A stretch of DNA of 63,317 nucleotides, filler included, from Octopus bimaculoides (Eukaryota): NCBI RefSeq assembly GCF_001194135.2. It is 3 parts of 3 records of this genome, joined end to end, with 100 filler letters (N's around TTAATTAATTAA, not from the genome) between each part and the next. Parts side by side here need not be neighbours in the genome. Positions count along the whole stretch, not along the records: positions 33,236 to 63,317 come from NC_068981.1; 2 more parts are not named here. One strand, written 5' to 3'. Numbering within the stretch: position 1 is the stretch's first letter; every line of letters begins with the position of its first letter. Below the pieces are notes generated by a model. It worked only from the letters and a program-made list of their open reading frames with translations. It was not told the origin of the DNA and made no database searches. Of the stretch, positions 37,330-51,585 are shown piece after piece. The position numbers and the translations under genes were made by a program.

Positions 37330-38170
37330 AAGCAGAGGAATTTTCTTCCTTGATTCTCCTGGTGGCACAAGTAAAACACTTGCAACATTGCTTCTCTCCA
37401 AGGTAAGGTAACAAAAAGATTTTCAGTTGCTGTATCATTGTCTGGCTTTACCGCTACTATTCTCCCAAGAGGACGAGCAGCTTATTCTACTTTTAAATTA
37501 CCACTAAACCTTGTCACAAATGACAGTCCAATTTGTAACTTAAGCAAGAAGTGATGTGCCACTGCCACCTTATCATAGAGATGCAATGGAAGCTCTTGGT
37601 AAGAACTTATAGGACATGAGAGGCAACAATAAATCTATGGAAGGAGTTACATTAGTTTTATCAGGAGATTTCAGACAGACATTACCAATCATTCCGAGAC
37701 AAACAAGATCTGATGAAATAAACGCATATATTAAGTCTTCACACCTATGGAATAAAGTACTGAAATTCCCCCTCAATACTAACGTGCAGGCTTTATTACA
37801 TGGGAACCCAAACAGTTTTCAACCTGGCTCTTCCAATTAGGCAATGGGAAAGCACCATTTGATGGGAATGGTGATATCAGTTTCGCTCATATAACTATCA
37901 TGGTGAATTCCCCAGCTGAATTGAAAATCAGGGTGTTTCCAGACTTAAGTAATAATTATAATTCACATAAATGGTTGTGTGAAAGGGCAATTCTTGCTCC
38001 AAAACATGAGACAGTAGCAAGGATTAACCATGGATTAATGAATAAGATTCCAACAGTTATTAAGAAGTACAACTCAGTTGATTCAGTCCTTAATGAAAGT
38101 CCATTGATATATTATATATTGATATATAATATTGATATATATGAAAGTCCATTGATATATTTGTAGTCCA
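37330..38170 (+). mobile_element. Helitron PIF1-like helicase fragment (pseudogenised)
   Basis: FFLDSPGGTSKT (Walker A), STFKLPLNL..SPICNLSK, DMRGNNKSMEGVTLVLSGDFRQTLPIIPR, WLCERAILAPK. Confidence 0.92.
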
Positions 38171-39056
38171 CCGTACGGTTCTGGAAGATCTGCACCCTCT
38201 GAAACACCAGTAAGTAGCTGTAGAAAAAAAAGGGCGCAAGATTATCCGACAGCTAAGGCAGCTTCCGCAGACGTTAATTCCTGGATTACATTTCTGAAGT
38301 ATCTTAACAGGTTCTGTTGAGATAACCCTTGTGCCTGTGCCTCAAGAAAATACAGTGTCACAAAATCGTATTGTTTTACAAAGCAGAGGCTTAGTCCAAA
38401 TTCTTGTAAGAAAAATAACTTTGCTAAAGGCATGCAAAAGACAGGTTGTTCTATGAAACTGGACATGATGCATCTTTAAAGCCATCGTTGTAAGCTTTAA
38501 ACTCGAACTCATTTTTGACTGTTAGAACATCTATCACTTATGTCAGAGGTCTCAATGTCTTAGAATAATCATGATTTTAACGTCAAGATATGCTTCTGAA
38601 CTTGAAAAGACGGTCAGCGGTGTAATCCTAATCTGTTTAAAAATGCGTAGGTGTTTCAAAATCCCTTAGGACAGAAGTTATATATTGATTTTAATTTGTT
38701 ATTACTATCTCTCAAGCGAACTTTGAAGTAACCCTATTTTCTATTGTAGATCTAATTTTCATTCATTTTCAGAAAATAGGTTTTCTGCAATGAGCAGAAG
38801 ATACTAGCGTTCCATTAAGTGCAATTATAAAGCCATGGAGTAATCAGCTCGGAAATAGATCATTTCCATTGGGATTCTTCATTGTGTCGATATGCTCAGC
38901 TCAAGATAACTGATTCATGGATTTTATATTATCAACATTTATCAGTTCATTTCCCCTTTGCTTTCAATGCGACAATTAAAATGTTTCTGGATTTAGATAC
39001 TGGTTTAGCTGAAGTACAGCGTTATGATGCTTGTGAAATTGTGTTATATAAGATAC

Positions 39057-39453
39057 TGTCGTGACGTGTATTTTTACGAATTGGCGCCGCGTGTTTTTTG
39101 TAGCGGTCGATGTCATGTTTCAGTAATTGAGTAATTTTTTTAGGACACTGACCGATTGATACCACAAAAAGACAATCTAAAAAAACTCTTATACACACAG
39201 AAACCTATACACTGGCTGTGGCTCTTCTTCTTTTTCTTCTTCTTGGATGTTTTCTCTCTTTGCGACTCTTCTTCGCTTTCGTTTTATGTTTTCACTTTTC
39301 AATTTCTTGTTCTCACGAGTCGTTAACAATCTTGGCATGTTTACAATATTTCGTTCCGTGTCTTCTTTGAAATTTGCTAATCTTATCAAACATGACGATG
39401 TCAACTGCTACAAAAACACGCGGCGCAAATTCGTTAAAATACACTCCACGACA
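39057..39453. mobile_element. Non-autonomous element with about 64-bp terminal inverted repeats enclosing a short ORF start
   Basis: tgtcgtgacgtgtatttttacgaattggcgccgcgtgttttttgtagc...gtcatgttt (39057-39120) mirrors aaacatgac...gctacaaaaacacgcggcgcaaattcgttaaaatacactccacgaca (39388-39453). No TSD found. Confidence 0.7.
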
Positions 39454-39625
39454 AACTCTCAGCGACGAAATGGTGTCAGATATAACACATGAACTGACAA
39501 CAAACTTATTTCAAACAATATTTCATTTTCTCTAAGCTTCTCTCTAACTTTGTCCAATTTTATGGATTCTTACTTCTGTTTCCGTTCCACATCCTGCTGA
39601 AGTATGCGATTTAGACCAAGAATTT

Positions 39626-40012
39626 TCAACCGGCGCCTCCCCTAACTCCTACGCTTTCTTTGTCTGAAGAGATAGGTAGTTCTTCTTCAAATTGGTCTTT
39701 ATCAAAGGTGTTATCTGCCAACATATCTGATGGTTTGCTATCACTTGAAAGCAGTTAATCTTCAGCAAGGTCTTCCACAGAAGTTTTATCAGAGAGCAAA
39801 GAATGCCCATCTGGATTGGTGGTGCTTAAGAAGACATGTGCCAAGGCTACATTAGATGTGTCTGATTCTTTCTCATCCATGGTGTCTGTAGTATATTCGC
39901 TTTTAGTAATATCTTCAGTAGACTGGTTTTCTTCCAGATATTTCTCTTCACAGAAAGCCTCAAAGTTTACCAAGGCAGCTAGATGTTCTGATTTCTCTTC
40001 ACTTCCTTCGGT
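39626..40012 (-). pseudogene. Acidic Ser/Thr-rich ORF remnant (about 128 codons, one internal stop), origin unknown
   Basis: EGSEEKSEHLAALVNFEAFCEEKYLEE...VEDLAED*LLSSDSKPSDMLADNTFDKDQFEEELPISSDK stays in one frame. Confidence 0.35.
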
Positions 40013-40014
40013 AT

Positions 40015-40321
40015 TTAAATGATTTCCTCACTTCTCAGAGCCTTTGCACTTGCATCGTAAACATCTCACAATCTTATGTGTGTACTGCTTTGCTTCAGTA
40101 CAAGATTGTGTGTTAAACAATGAACCTTTTCGGTTTCTTCTTTCGGGGCTTCTTGAATAACTCCCACGCGAATTTGATTTTCAAAGAAATTCATCATATT
40201 CCGTGAATAGTTTTTGGTCTGATGTCAGTCGTTGAGAGAGCTGTTTCAAACGACTAATAGTCAATCCACGAGTAGTAGGTAATTTCGGGTAGTGCAGTTT
40301 CCAGGGGAATTGAAGGATAAT
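40015..40321 (-). mobile_element. Bel/Pao LTR-retrotransposon pol fragment (pre-RT and RT N-terminus)
   Basis: FPWKLHYPKLPTTRGLTISRLKQLSQRLTSDQKLFTEYDEF, then after frameshifts QIRVGVIQEAP...VHCLTHNLVLK...VYDASAK. Confidence 0.8.
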
Positions 40322-41099
40322 GAAGGTAGATTATCATGGTTTTTTTTTTCGATTAAACAATTACTTTACACAATTTACACGACTGACATAATGCTTCAGA
40401 AAAATGAAGTATCTCCGGATATACCAGTTGTACTGATTCTTTCTGAAGTCTTCTTGAGTAGCTGATGAATATGCATCGTTTATATGCTGATTAACAAATA
40501 TAGTCATATTCTCAACATTATAATTTCGTCGATGGTTACCATGAAATAAACTTGTAATCATCTTGGGACATGTCTTTAGTTGGGTATGACAATGCAATTC
40601 TGATCATAAGTAATTGTGGGACTCATATAGATTGATTGTGCTGTCATGCTAAGTCTTTCTATCTGAAACAAATATAAAAGTTAATATTGTATCAAGATAC
40701 AATTCGTCGTTGTTAAGTATTCAGTTCAGAATATTTACATCCTCTGGTGGTTGAAGCCCGGAAGTAAGATTTAAGAAATAGAGTTGAGCGCAGTCTTCAG
40801 AACTCCTCACAATCGTATTCTGAATTTGAAAGGTGATGAAAGATTGCTTAAGATGTGTTTAGCAGAAAACGAGAATTGAATTTAGAGAATCTACGTTTTT
40901 CCTTTACGACTTGCTGGTAGGACTGTATTTCGGAACGGTACAAAGCAGAAACTAGAGTGTATCTTTGTTTTAATAATACGTCGCAAACATGCTATATTTG
41001 ATGCTTAGTTGCTCAGTACCACATCAGTTATATTTAACTGTTTCATGCGTTTTCAACCTATTTTGTGTATATGTATTGCTAACAGTAGAGTGTATATGC

Positions 41100-41135
<36 letters not shown>

Positions 41136-41337
41136 CCTTTCTACTATAGGCACAAGGCCTGAAATCGTGGGGGAGGGGATAATCCATTACATCGACACCA
41201 GTACTCATTTTATCGACCCCGAAAGGATGAAATGCAAAGTCGACTTCGGCGAAATTTGAACTCAGAACGTAGTTACGGGCGAAATACCATTAAGCTTTTT
41301 GCCTGGCTTGCTAACAATTCTACCATATCGCCGCCTT
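41136..41337 (-). mobile_element. SINE family A copy flanked by (AAT)n on both sides
   Basis: Reverse complement of the family A sequence. Confidence 0.82.
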
Positions 41338-41372
41338 AATAATAATAGTAATAATAATAAGAAGAAGAAGAA

Positions 41373-41403
<31 letters not shown>

Positions 41404-41424
41404 AAGAAGAAGAAGAAGAAGAAG

Positions 41425-41476
<52 letters not shown>
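41338..41476. repeat. (AAT)n-(AAG)n-(AAC)n compound trinucleotide tract
   Basis: Visible. Confidence 0.95.
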
Positions 41477-41477
<1 letters not shown>

Positions 41478-41755
41478 GCAGATGGTCAATGTGATCACTT
41501 TTATTATTGCCCACATTGTGACATTCTTTTTTTACTGTCTTACCTTTACTCCCTCCCCTTACTTAGCGGTCATTCTAATAGTTCTTTTGTCTTAATAACG
41601 GTCAATCACACAGTAATTTCTCTTTGTTTAACGGTCATTTTCATAGGAATTTTCAATGGCCAGATAACTGAAGAGATAGCAGCGTGGGTTTCCGCCCCGG
41701 CATCCGAAACTCGGAGTTTTATCATGGCGACCGAATAATTGTCACATAGTTTTAC

Positions 41756-41791
<36 letters not shown>

Positions 41792-41875
41792 NNNNNNNNN
41801 NNNNNNNNNNNNNNNNNNNNNNNNNNNNNNNNNNNNNNNNNNNNNNNNNNNNNNNNNNNNNNNNNNNNNNNNNNN

Positions 41876-42139
41876 TGAAAGAAGCCCGTCGTATATATGT
41901 ATATGTATGTATGTGTGTGTGTGCGTATGTTTGTGTGTCTGTGTTTGTCCCCCCACCCTCGCTTGACAACCCATGCTGGTGTGTTTACGTCCCTGTAACT
42001 TAGCGTTTCGACAAAAGAAACCGATAGAATAAGTACTAGGCTTACAAAGAATAAGTCCCGGGGTCGATTTGCTCGACTAAAGGCGGTGCACCAGCATGGC
42101 CACAGTCTAATGACTGAAACAAGTAAAAGAGTAAAAGAG
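41876..42139 (+). mobile_element. SINE family B, 3' portion (5' end lost in a gap)
   Basis: tgaaagaagcccgtc...gcttgacaacc.atgctggtgtgtttacgtcc...ggggtcgatttgctcgactaaaggcggtgc.ccagcatggcc...gaaacaagtaaaaga; the tail is shared with 55873-55990. Confidence 0.75.
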
Positions 42140-43240
42140 TATATATATAAACATATAAATACGGGCATACGTCTGTGTGTGCGTGCGTGTGCGTGTGCGT
42201 GTGTATGCGTGTGTGTATGTGCGCGCGCGCGTGAGTTGTTGAATGAATTTCCGCAGTTTCGACATATTGACATTAAACTATTAATTTGCTTCAGCGTGAT
42301 ATAGTGATGGCAAGTCATTCATAAAACATAGGGCTTGTTTGATGTTGCATAGACTGTTTATGCTATTACGGGAAAAGACAGGTATACAAAAATATATGAG
42401 ACATGCGAAAAACTCCCAAAACGTATATACGGCAAGTACATTGATGTATCAACTTGACAAACAGGATACAGAAAGTAGTTAAACGTGTCAAGAAGCGTGG
42501 ATGCTAAACAGTCAGCTAAAATCTTTTTTTCTGCTGAACTAACCGCCAGAGCAAAGAAAATTAACGTCGATGTGAATATAGGCAACAAGTAATTAATTGT
42601 TAATTTTGGACTTAATCTCTTCTACAAAAATACCCTAAAGAGAAGAAGAAAGAGAACTGAAGTGAGGATGGAAAAGAGCAAAAGATATGTAGATTATGCG
42701 ATTATGAGATTATACGATTATGGGAAATGCGAAAGGCAAAAATAAGGGGAAGCGAAGGGTAAGTGAAAGACGAACAATCAGGTAAATGAGTGGAGGCCAA
42801 AGAGACAAATGAGAGAAAAACAAAGAGAGATGTAGGCGACAAGAAATCAATATTGTTATATATCACCGGAAGCTCTGTCAGATTTTACCTACCTATTTTC
42901 TGCGGTCTTATATTTTTTAAGCTTTGATTCTTAAAGAATCGTTATGACAAACGATATATATCATATATCGTTATGACTAAAAGATATATACAAATATATA
43001 TTATATATGTGTGCGTATGCATATCTGTATGAGTGGATATGTATGTATAATTGACTGTAGAGTTATCCTTTCTTTTTCTGAATTTTTTAAATTGAAAGAG
43101 TAATTTATGGACACTCTGTATATACACATAATGATATATGTATATGTATGTATGTATGTGTATATATATANNNNNNNNNNNNNNNNNNNNNNNNNNNNNN
43201 NNNNNNNNNNNNNNNNNNNNNNNNNNNNNNNNNNNNNNNN

Positions 43241-43283
<43 letters not shown>

Positions 43284-44442
43284 TATACATATGCACACAT
43301 ACATATACGTACATATATATACATACATGCATACATACCTACATACATACATACATACATACATACATACATACATACATACATACATACATACATACAT
43401 ACACTCGCTGTATTTATGCAGAAATTCTCTTTTCTGAACAGATACAAAGGCATGCAAATGCCGAAGAAGACCAGCTTGATCATCTAAAATCAACAATAAA
43501 AAGATAAAATCAAGATCAACAACATCATCGACAACAACTCATCCAAACAAACAACGTTTACGCAAATGTAACCAGTTAAGTTGACATCAATTGTTTAGTA
43601 ATTGGAGAAATTACAAACAGGTAATATGTCATAAACTCTTTAGTTATTTATAAAGTACAACACTAAACTGCTATAGATAAAAAATAAAGCAGATGCCGAA
43701 ATAAAAACAAAAAAGGAAAAAAACTCCCTTGTTCTACTACGTTCAATGAACATCCGCTAACAACCAACTGAGCGACCAACCAGCAAAACCAGTGAACAAC
43801 ACGAATAACGAACAGGATAACAATATCGACATATCCTGAATTACACTGCAAGTAAATATCGTTTTTCTAAATTAGCTTGCGTACAAATTAATAGGCAAAA
43901 ATGCTTCAGAAGTCACTGTAGTTATTCATCTCACTTTCGTTGTTACTGTTGCCGTTGTTGATAGTGAAAGGGTGATGGTGATGCTAGTGCTGCTGCTTTT
44001 TATTCTTGTTTTTGTGATTTTGTTTGATTCTTCTGATTTTCAACATAGAGCATGGAAACAGAAAATGGTTCTACTTATTTCACTCGCTGACCTTTGCACT
44101 GTAGTTTAGATGGGAAAGAAAATGAACTGTTATTTATTACTGAGTCACGTACACACATATAAGCGCATGCATAAATATCAAAGATGTATGAGTATTTCCT
44201 ATATATTTATGCATATATGTTAGATACAGTTGTCGTTCATTTTATATTTTAATTTTCGCTAATATTTCATTGTATTTTGTACTTTTGGTTAAGTGCTTTT
44301 GGATTTCTTTTTAATGAGGGGAAATGACCTTTCTTAACATTTTTGTTCCAATTTCTCTTTCTCTGTTCATCACCACACAAACATAGCTGCACATATGCAT
44401 ATGCACGTGTACATATATATGTGTATCTAGTATGCAATACAG

Positions 44443-44528
<86 letters not shown>

Positions 44529-45289
44529 GTATATAATTATTGCATGTTTTATTGGTTGCTGTAACTACACAGGCACTCAATAAAGTCAATACTAATCGTA
44601 GACTCAAAACAAAATATTATTCATGAAGAATAATGAGTTTCCTTCAACGTTTCGGTGATACACTTTTCGTAAAACGTCAAAGTAAAACTTCCAATATACT
44701 ATATAATAATAATAATCCTTTCTTTATTAGCCACAAGGGCTGACAAAAATAAGATTGGACATTACAAGACATGAATGGCAAAGTGGGGTTACATAAAGTT
44801 TCGTGTAAAAAGTCGATAACAATGAAAAATATAACAAAGAAAATGCCTAAAGGAGGCAAGCAACTCAGGGCTACTGATGGAGACCCTACGAAAAATTCAC
44901 AAGCGCCCCGACCACTAGGGCAAGAGCCATCTTGCCATCTTTCTTTCCCTCTCTCAGCCTTGGAAACTCAAAAACGTATGCTCAAGGTAGCCCCTTGGAA
45001 ACAGACCATCTTCGCCACATTCAGCCACCTTTCAACAAATTTGCTGGAAGTCAGTACTTCTCTTTCAACCCTCACTTTCCTTTTCAGATGGTATTTGAAA
45101 ACGTTGATGGGGAGCAGGCGAAAGAGGAATGTATCTATCTGTGGTAATCATGATAATAATAATGATTTAGCCAAAACTCATGACGGATCAGACGAAATAT
45201 TAACAATGACAAATAGTTGTAAAAAATGAAAATAATAATAATAANNNNNNNNNNAAAAGTCAAACATAAAATAATAATAATAATAATAA

Positions 45290-47475
45290 GGTTGCTCGGT
45301 GGAAACTGAACCAGGAAACGAAAAATGGGAATGAAATTCTGAAATACATCACAAAAAACATCACAGAAACAAGTATTGTTGTAGCAGAAAATGTTGGTGT
45401 TGATGTCGAGAAAAAGAAATATCATGGAAGTGACAACAGAAAAGATTCATGGTGGAAAAGAAGAATACAGGCGGGGTTAGATATGCTCACGAAGGACATT
45501 TCTGTGTTAGACCGAAAAGAAAAGGGGGAGTTTAAAAGTGAACAAAAATACAGGGCACTGAGCAGGAAGTATAATATTGAAAGAAAGGGCATGAAAGTGG
45601 TATTAGAGGAACTGAAACAGCGCCTCTTTGCAATGAAAACACAAATGGTAAGATACGACCAAACAATGAAGGGTTACCAGCAAAATAGGTTATTCAGAGT
45701 GGATCAGAAGAGATCGGAAGTCCCCGGGACTAGATGGTGTTCAAGGCTACTGGATCAAAAGACTTGGTGAATGTCATGCACGAACAGCTGCACGCTCAAC
45801 GCCTTGTTAAATGCTGACGAAGTAACACCAGAGTGGTTGACAATGGGTTGGACAGTGCTGTACTTGAAAAACATCGAAAAGGCAATACGGTAGACAATTA
45901 CAGGCCGATAACCTGCTTACCACTTATGTGAAAATTACTGACTGGAATAGTTACCGAGTAAATGTACGGACATCCGGGAAAAAAATGGAGCCTTGCCACG
46001 TGAATAGAAAGGTTGCAAGCGTAAGTGCAGAGGTACCAAAGATCAAATATTGGTAGACAAAACTGTACATAGAGACTGCAAGAGGAGGAAAATTAAATTA
46101 GCCATGTCATGGATCGATTATCGTAAGGCGTACGATATGATCCCACATTCTTGGATTATAGAATGTATGATTGCTTGGAAAAAGTATGGCGAAGTGGAGG
46201 ACGGGAATGACAGTATAAGGAAGAAGTTTAGGGATAATAGAAATCAGGAGGGGCATCTTCCAAGGGAACTGCTGTCCCCACTGATCTTTGTACTGTGCAT
46301 GATACCACTAACACTGATAATGAGGAAAGCAAAAGCTGGGTATGTATTTAAAAGCCACTAACAAAAAGTCAACCATTTGTTATTGATGGATGACCTCAGA
46401 CTTTATGGTAAAGATGAATCCCAAGCCAGTGCCCTCATTGATACAGTGAATACTTTCAGTGCTGATGTCAGAATGGCGTTGAGACTGAAAAGTGCGGTGT
46501 GTTAGTCTTGAAGAGAGGCAAAGTCAAATGTATGAACGGACTAGCGATACTGTGGCGAAAGAAATGACAGAAAATTGAAGGTGGAGTTCTTGCACAGACT
46601 GAGACTGATCCTTAAGTCGAAATTAAACGGACGGAATAAGATTGAAACTATGAACACCTGGGCGGTTTCACTCCTTAAATATGGAGCAGGAGTAATCGCA
46701 TGGACAGTAGACGAACTAAACAGTTTAGACAGAAAGACAAGGAAGTTGCAGGCTAGATATGGGATACTCCACCGAAAAAGTCATTTAGACAGACTGTATG
46801 TACCAAGAAAAAAAGGGGAAAGAGGACTGATTGGATGCTGACACAGCGTTGAAGCAGAAGAAAACAACATAGCATGGTATGAAAAAATGCCACAGAACCA
46901 CTATAATTGGAAGTAAGGTCAGGCTTGTGCAGCATGGCAGGTTACAAAGATAAAGCACTGCACAAACACTGGAGAGTGAATGAAATTGAAAATGGGTGGA
47001 TAAAGAAAAGAATCCATGGACATTTCATAGGGATATTGAAGATAAGACAGACAGAGAAAACAGATGGCTATGAATGACGAAAAGTGATTTGAAACCGGAA
47101 ATGGAGGGTCTAATCTGTACTGCCCAAGAGCAAGCACTAAAAATGAATTACATCAACTACAGAATAGACAACACATCAGAAAGTAGTAAGTGCAGAATTT
47201 GTGGACAAAATGGTGAAACTGTATAACATATTACCAGTCAATGTTCGTCACTAGCCCAGAAAGAATATATGAGACGTCATGACAATATAGCAAGGCTTGT
47301 CTATTGGTCACTTTGCAACAAGTACGGACTTGATAGAGCAAACAAGTGGTATGAACACAAACCCGAAGGCATCATCGAAAAGGAATGATAATGTAAAGAT
47401 CCTATGGGAATTTATAATTCAGTGCGACCATGAGATAGAGAATAGGAAGCCAGATATAGTGTTAATTGAGAAAGA
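45290..47475 (+). mobile_element. R4/Dong-like non-LTR retrotransposon (RT, CCHC, restriction-like endonuclease), decayed
   Basis: [77 protein letters not shown]...RHDNIARLV, KILWEFIIQCDHEIENRKPDIVLIEK; begins directly after (TAA)n. Confidence 0.88.
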
Positions 47476-48197
47476 AAGCATACGAGCCGCTGGCTTCAAC
47501 CACGCTCCAGACGACATCGGAATCTTTTGCAACTCTTCTGGACGGTTTCCTTAAGTTGGTGAACGTTGTCATAATCCTTGCCTTCAGTTCATCTTTTGTG
47601 TTACAAGAAGTTTTGTTGGTCTCCCGCTCAACTGCGATGCACACAATAATCAAGGGGTTGCAGTGTGGAGAGTTAGGTGGCCATATTTTAGGGGTGATGT
47701 GGTCGCAGAAACTGTCTGATAGCCATGACTTGGTTCTCCTGCTTATATGGCATGGTGCAGAGTCCTGTTGGCAGACATAGGTTTATCCAGCAGCCACCTT
47801 CTTGGCGTACCTCTTCCAGACACTTGCTGTGCCTGAGGCCGTGTGAGAAAATGAATTGAGGCATAACGTTGTCATTACTATTGATCACTTCAAACACCAT
47901 GCTGTTGACTGGATGTCTGATTCTTATCACCCTCGTTATATGTCCTCAGATTTCACTGTCGATACATGTCCTCAGACGCCACTGTCCACAGATTGACACC
48001 CAAACACTCTGAAATGTTCGTATTGGAGCATGTTTGAAATTCTCTGGCAGAGTGAATTGCATCATAGTGCTGTTTTTCTAACAGACGGTGCCCAGCTGAC
48101 CCTACTGTACTGTGTAGTCGACAAATTGAAAAAAAAACAATGTGCATCCGCGAAATAAAAAAATATAAAGTGGTGACATTTTACCCATCGCACCTTG
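47476..48197 (-). mobile_element. Internally deleted Tc1/mariner (maT/DD37D-like) element
   Basis: TA-caaggtgcgatgggtaaaatgtcacc terminus; HPVNSMVFEVINSNDNVMPQFIF, WPPNSPHCNPLDY, VERETNKTSCNTKDELKARIM. Confidence 0.82.
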
Positions 48198-48214
48198 TAT
48201 ATTCATATACGTAA

Positions 48215-48277
<63 letters not shown>

Positions 48278-48350
48278 NNNNNNNNNNNNNNNNNNNNNNN
48301 NNNNNNNNNNNNNNNNNNNNNNNNNNNNNNNNNNNNNNNNNNNNNNNNNN

Positions 48351-48391
<41 letters not shown>

Positions 48392-49700
48392 AACGTTGAC
48401 CACTAACGTGGACATTCAATGTGCTAGAAATAGATCACATCTTGTGTCTATTAAGACCTAAATTGTTCTCAAAACGAAATTTAGCGGAATACCAAAGCGG
48501 ACACACATATATACACATATATAAACGTTTATATATATATATATATACTCACACAGACACACACATTCGCACACACATATATCAGCTGGCGTATATTTAA
48601 GCGAATATAACAGTGTTACACACGCACCCACTCATATTTCAGTACTTACTATTCTTAGACATATAATCTATTCCAATAAGCAACAATTATGTTGATCAAT
48701 ACTATTTGATATTCTAGTTTATAATAATAGATGAAAGACGTTATTTCTTTGATGATCTCCGCTCTTATTAGATAAAGGGGAAATAAGTGTATACGCCACC
48801 CACCCCAGTTTTAATCACTCTTTAACAATTCTATGAAATGGCGTATTGTAGTTGTAAGTTTCTATGACGATAGGAAAAAAAACTACGAAATTTGCAAGTA
48901 ATTAAAATGTGATTTTACACACTCTCAAAAACGGAAAGGAATAAATAACAAAAATATGGCTCAGTGGATGCAAAATATATCATTTAATATCATAAATTCT
49001 CTATGAATATTCTACTAAGTATCCAGTAAGTTAGAGAATTGCGTTAGTAGCGTTAATATGTTCATTCTCAAATTGTAATTTTTGTTACATAATATAGCAA
49101 AATACACGGTATTTTAACTATTACTGTAGTAACAATTATTTGTTTTAAAGTAACGGTTTACTTGAAAGGTGAAGATAACAAAGACCTAGTTTATATTATT
49201 CCTGAATGCAGCTTGTGATATTAAAATGTGGATTTTAAGCAAGATAAGTACTGTCGTATTTATAGTTGTATCTATAATTTAGACTCCTCATGATTTTCAT
49301 AATACTAACGTCTGGAATTACTTCCAACTAAGCTTTCTAAGTATGAAATCTGATTGCATTACTTTGAGTTATGAAGCATAATTTTCGGTGATATGATAAT
49401 GTAGGGGCTGAAGTTACTTGTTGCCGCATAAATATTTCATATATGAGGTCAAGATTTGTATATCATATTAAAACTATAATACCCGTGTCGTCAAAAATGC
49501 TAACATTTTTATTAAGACAGTAAATGGTATATCAAAACAACAGGAGAAGCCATTGACAAATGTCGGTAGGCGAGGAAATATATGTGCATACGCAGAATTG
49601 AATCAGCTGATCGGTCAGATAATTTGTAACATGCCGATTGAAAGTATTATATCCCATGTAATGTGTGTGTATGTATGTGCGTGCGTGTGTGTGTGTGTGA

Positions 49701-49756
<56 letters not shown>

Positions 49757-49950
49757 TCCGCTGTTTCTATGCTCGCAAGAATCAGGCAGATCTTGTATAG
49801 CCGGATCTTAATTCCTTCACCAATTCTCATCTGTTTCCAAGTAAGGTGATATATTTCACAATGCACAGACATGATTGCAAAGGAGACTGGAGATAACAGT
49901 GATATTTTTGAAATGCAATGGGGAAAATCTTACATTATGCGTAAATGTTT

Positions 49951-50007
<57 letters not shown>

Positions 50008-51070
50008 GTTGACATATGTAGGTATGTACCTTCATACAGGAAGATAGAATTGCATTACTAACACAAACACACAAGCACACAAAAATGTGTGTGTATATAT
50101 GTGTGGTGTGTGTGTATTTATATATGTATATATGTTTATATAAATATATCGGGGAAAGTCGTCTTTCAAATATAATGAGACATCATTAATGATGTTTCCC
50201 CCTCTCGTGGAAATGTGAGCCAATAGTGTTGCAACAAACTCGGTCACAGTTATCACAGAATATTGCTTGCAAACATGGTGTAGAAGATCTTATTTGATCT
50301 TTTATCTACTTCTACATTGTATTTTATGTAATTCTACTCCTCCGATGCTATTCCATTCTTTTTAGCCCTTCGCTATCGTTCGCAGACAATCACTACAAGC
50401 GCATTCACGTCAGGATGTTTTTTTCATATTCTTATTATGGAGCTTCGGCAATCTTCTTCCGCAGAGTCCACATTTTGTTTCACTGTTAAACAGAGCGAAG
50501 TATATCCGAAATACCTGCCCTACCCAATAAAATTGAGATTTCAACACGATACAATTAGCCATATGCATCCTTTGTGCCCGGCAAGATTACCTAGCCAGAA
50601 ATGTAGTTCCGCTAGGAAACAACACTATAACTGTTGAACACGATTTTTGTCCTTAGGTGGCAACTGTTTTTTTCCTATTTGTTTACCCCTAGGAAATATG
50701 AAAAATGTCTAATACTTCCTTCAATCTTTGCTTTTGTTACATTTATTCAACCCCCAAAGAATCATTCGCAACACATGGCCATGAAGCTCCTCCTGTTCAT
50801 GGTCAGAGATGCACATATTGTCAGCCACTAAGGGACATGACAAGTGGTTATGGTCAAGTAACAGACAAGCAAATCTGTGGTATTGAGCCGAATATTTGCT
50901 ATAACGATATTTCTGCTTCAGAAACTGAGCGTTGACGCTGTTTTAAATGTAATACAATCAAAACATTGATTTCCAGGTGACAAGAGCAAAGTTTGAAGGG
51001 AAGAGTTGTCATTCTCTTTTATTTCTAGATAGGAGCAAATAGGAAATAAGACTTACTGACCAAAGACAAA

Positions 51071-51103
<33 letters not shown>

Positions 51104-51530
51104 TAAAGTTTTGTTACACCGTAGCTAGTGCAGCTGGCAGCTCACCAGCTTTTCCATGTGGCAATGATACAGTGTACAGTCAGACTTCCAATGCTGTCCC
51201 CCTACCTCCACACACACAGGAACTAGTTTTGTCTGGAACCACCTCGGATTCTGGGTTCATAACCTGAAGATTCTTTGTAATTTGGGCTCTTTTCACATCT
51301 CAAATGAATAGTTTCAATAATAATTCAAGTATCTAAAACAATAATAGGCCACGTGTATTTGTATAATATATATATTTCGCTATGTAACTTTTGAATAGAG
51401 TTAAAAACTAGAATTGTAGTGTAAAAGAGGCAATTCGAATGAAATGAAGGAAAAAGTAAAAAGACAAAGTAAGACAGAGAATGATGATTAGAGGATTTGA
51501 GTCGTAAATTTAGAGTGAAACATAAATCAA

Positions 51531-51585
<55 letters not shown>

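Noticed and set aside
45088-45150. Exon-like segment (ttccttttcag|ATGGTATTT...TG|gtaatc)
   Set aside because: Lies among repeat-derived sequence and is open in more than one frame; no partner exons or homology.
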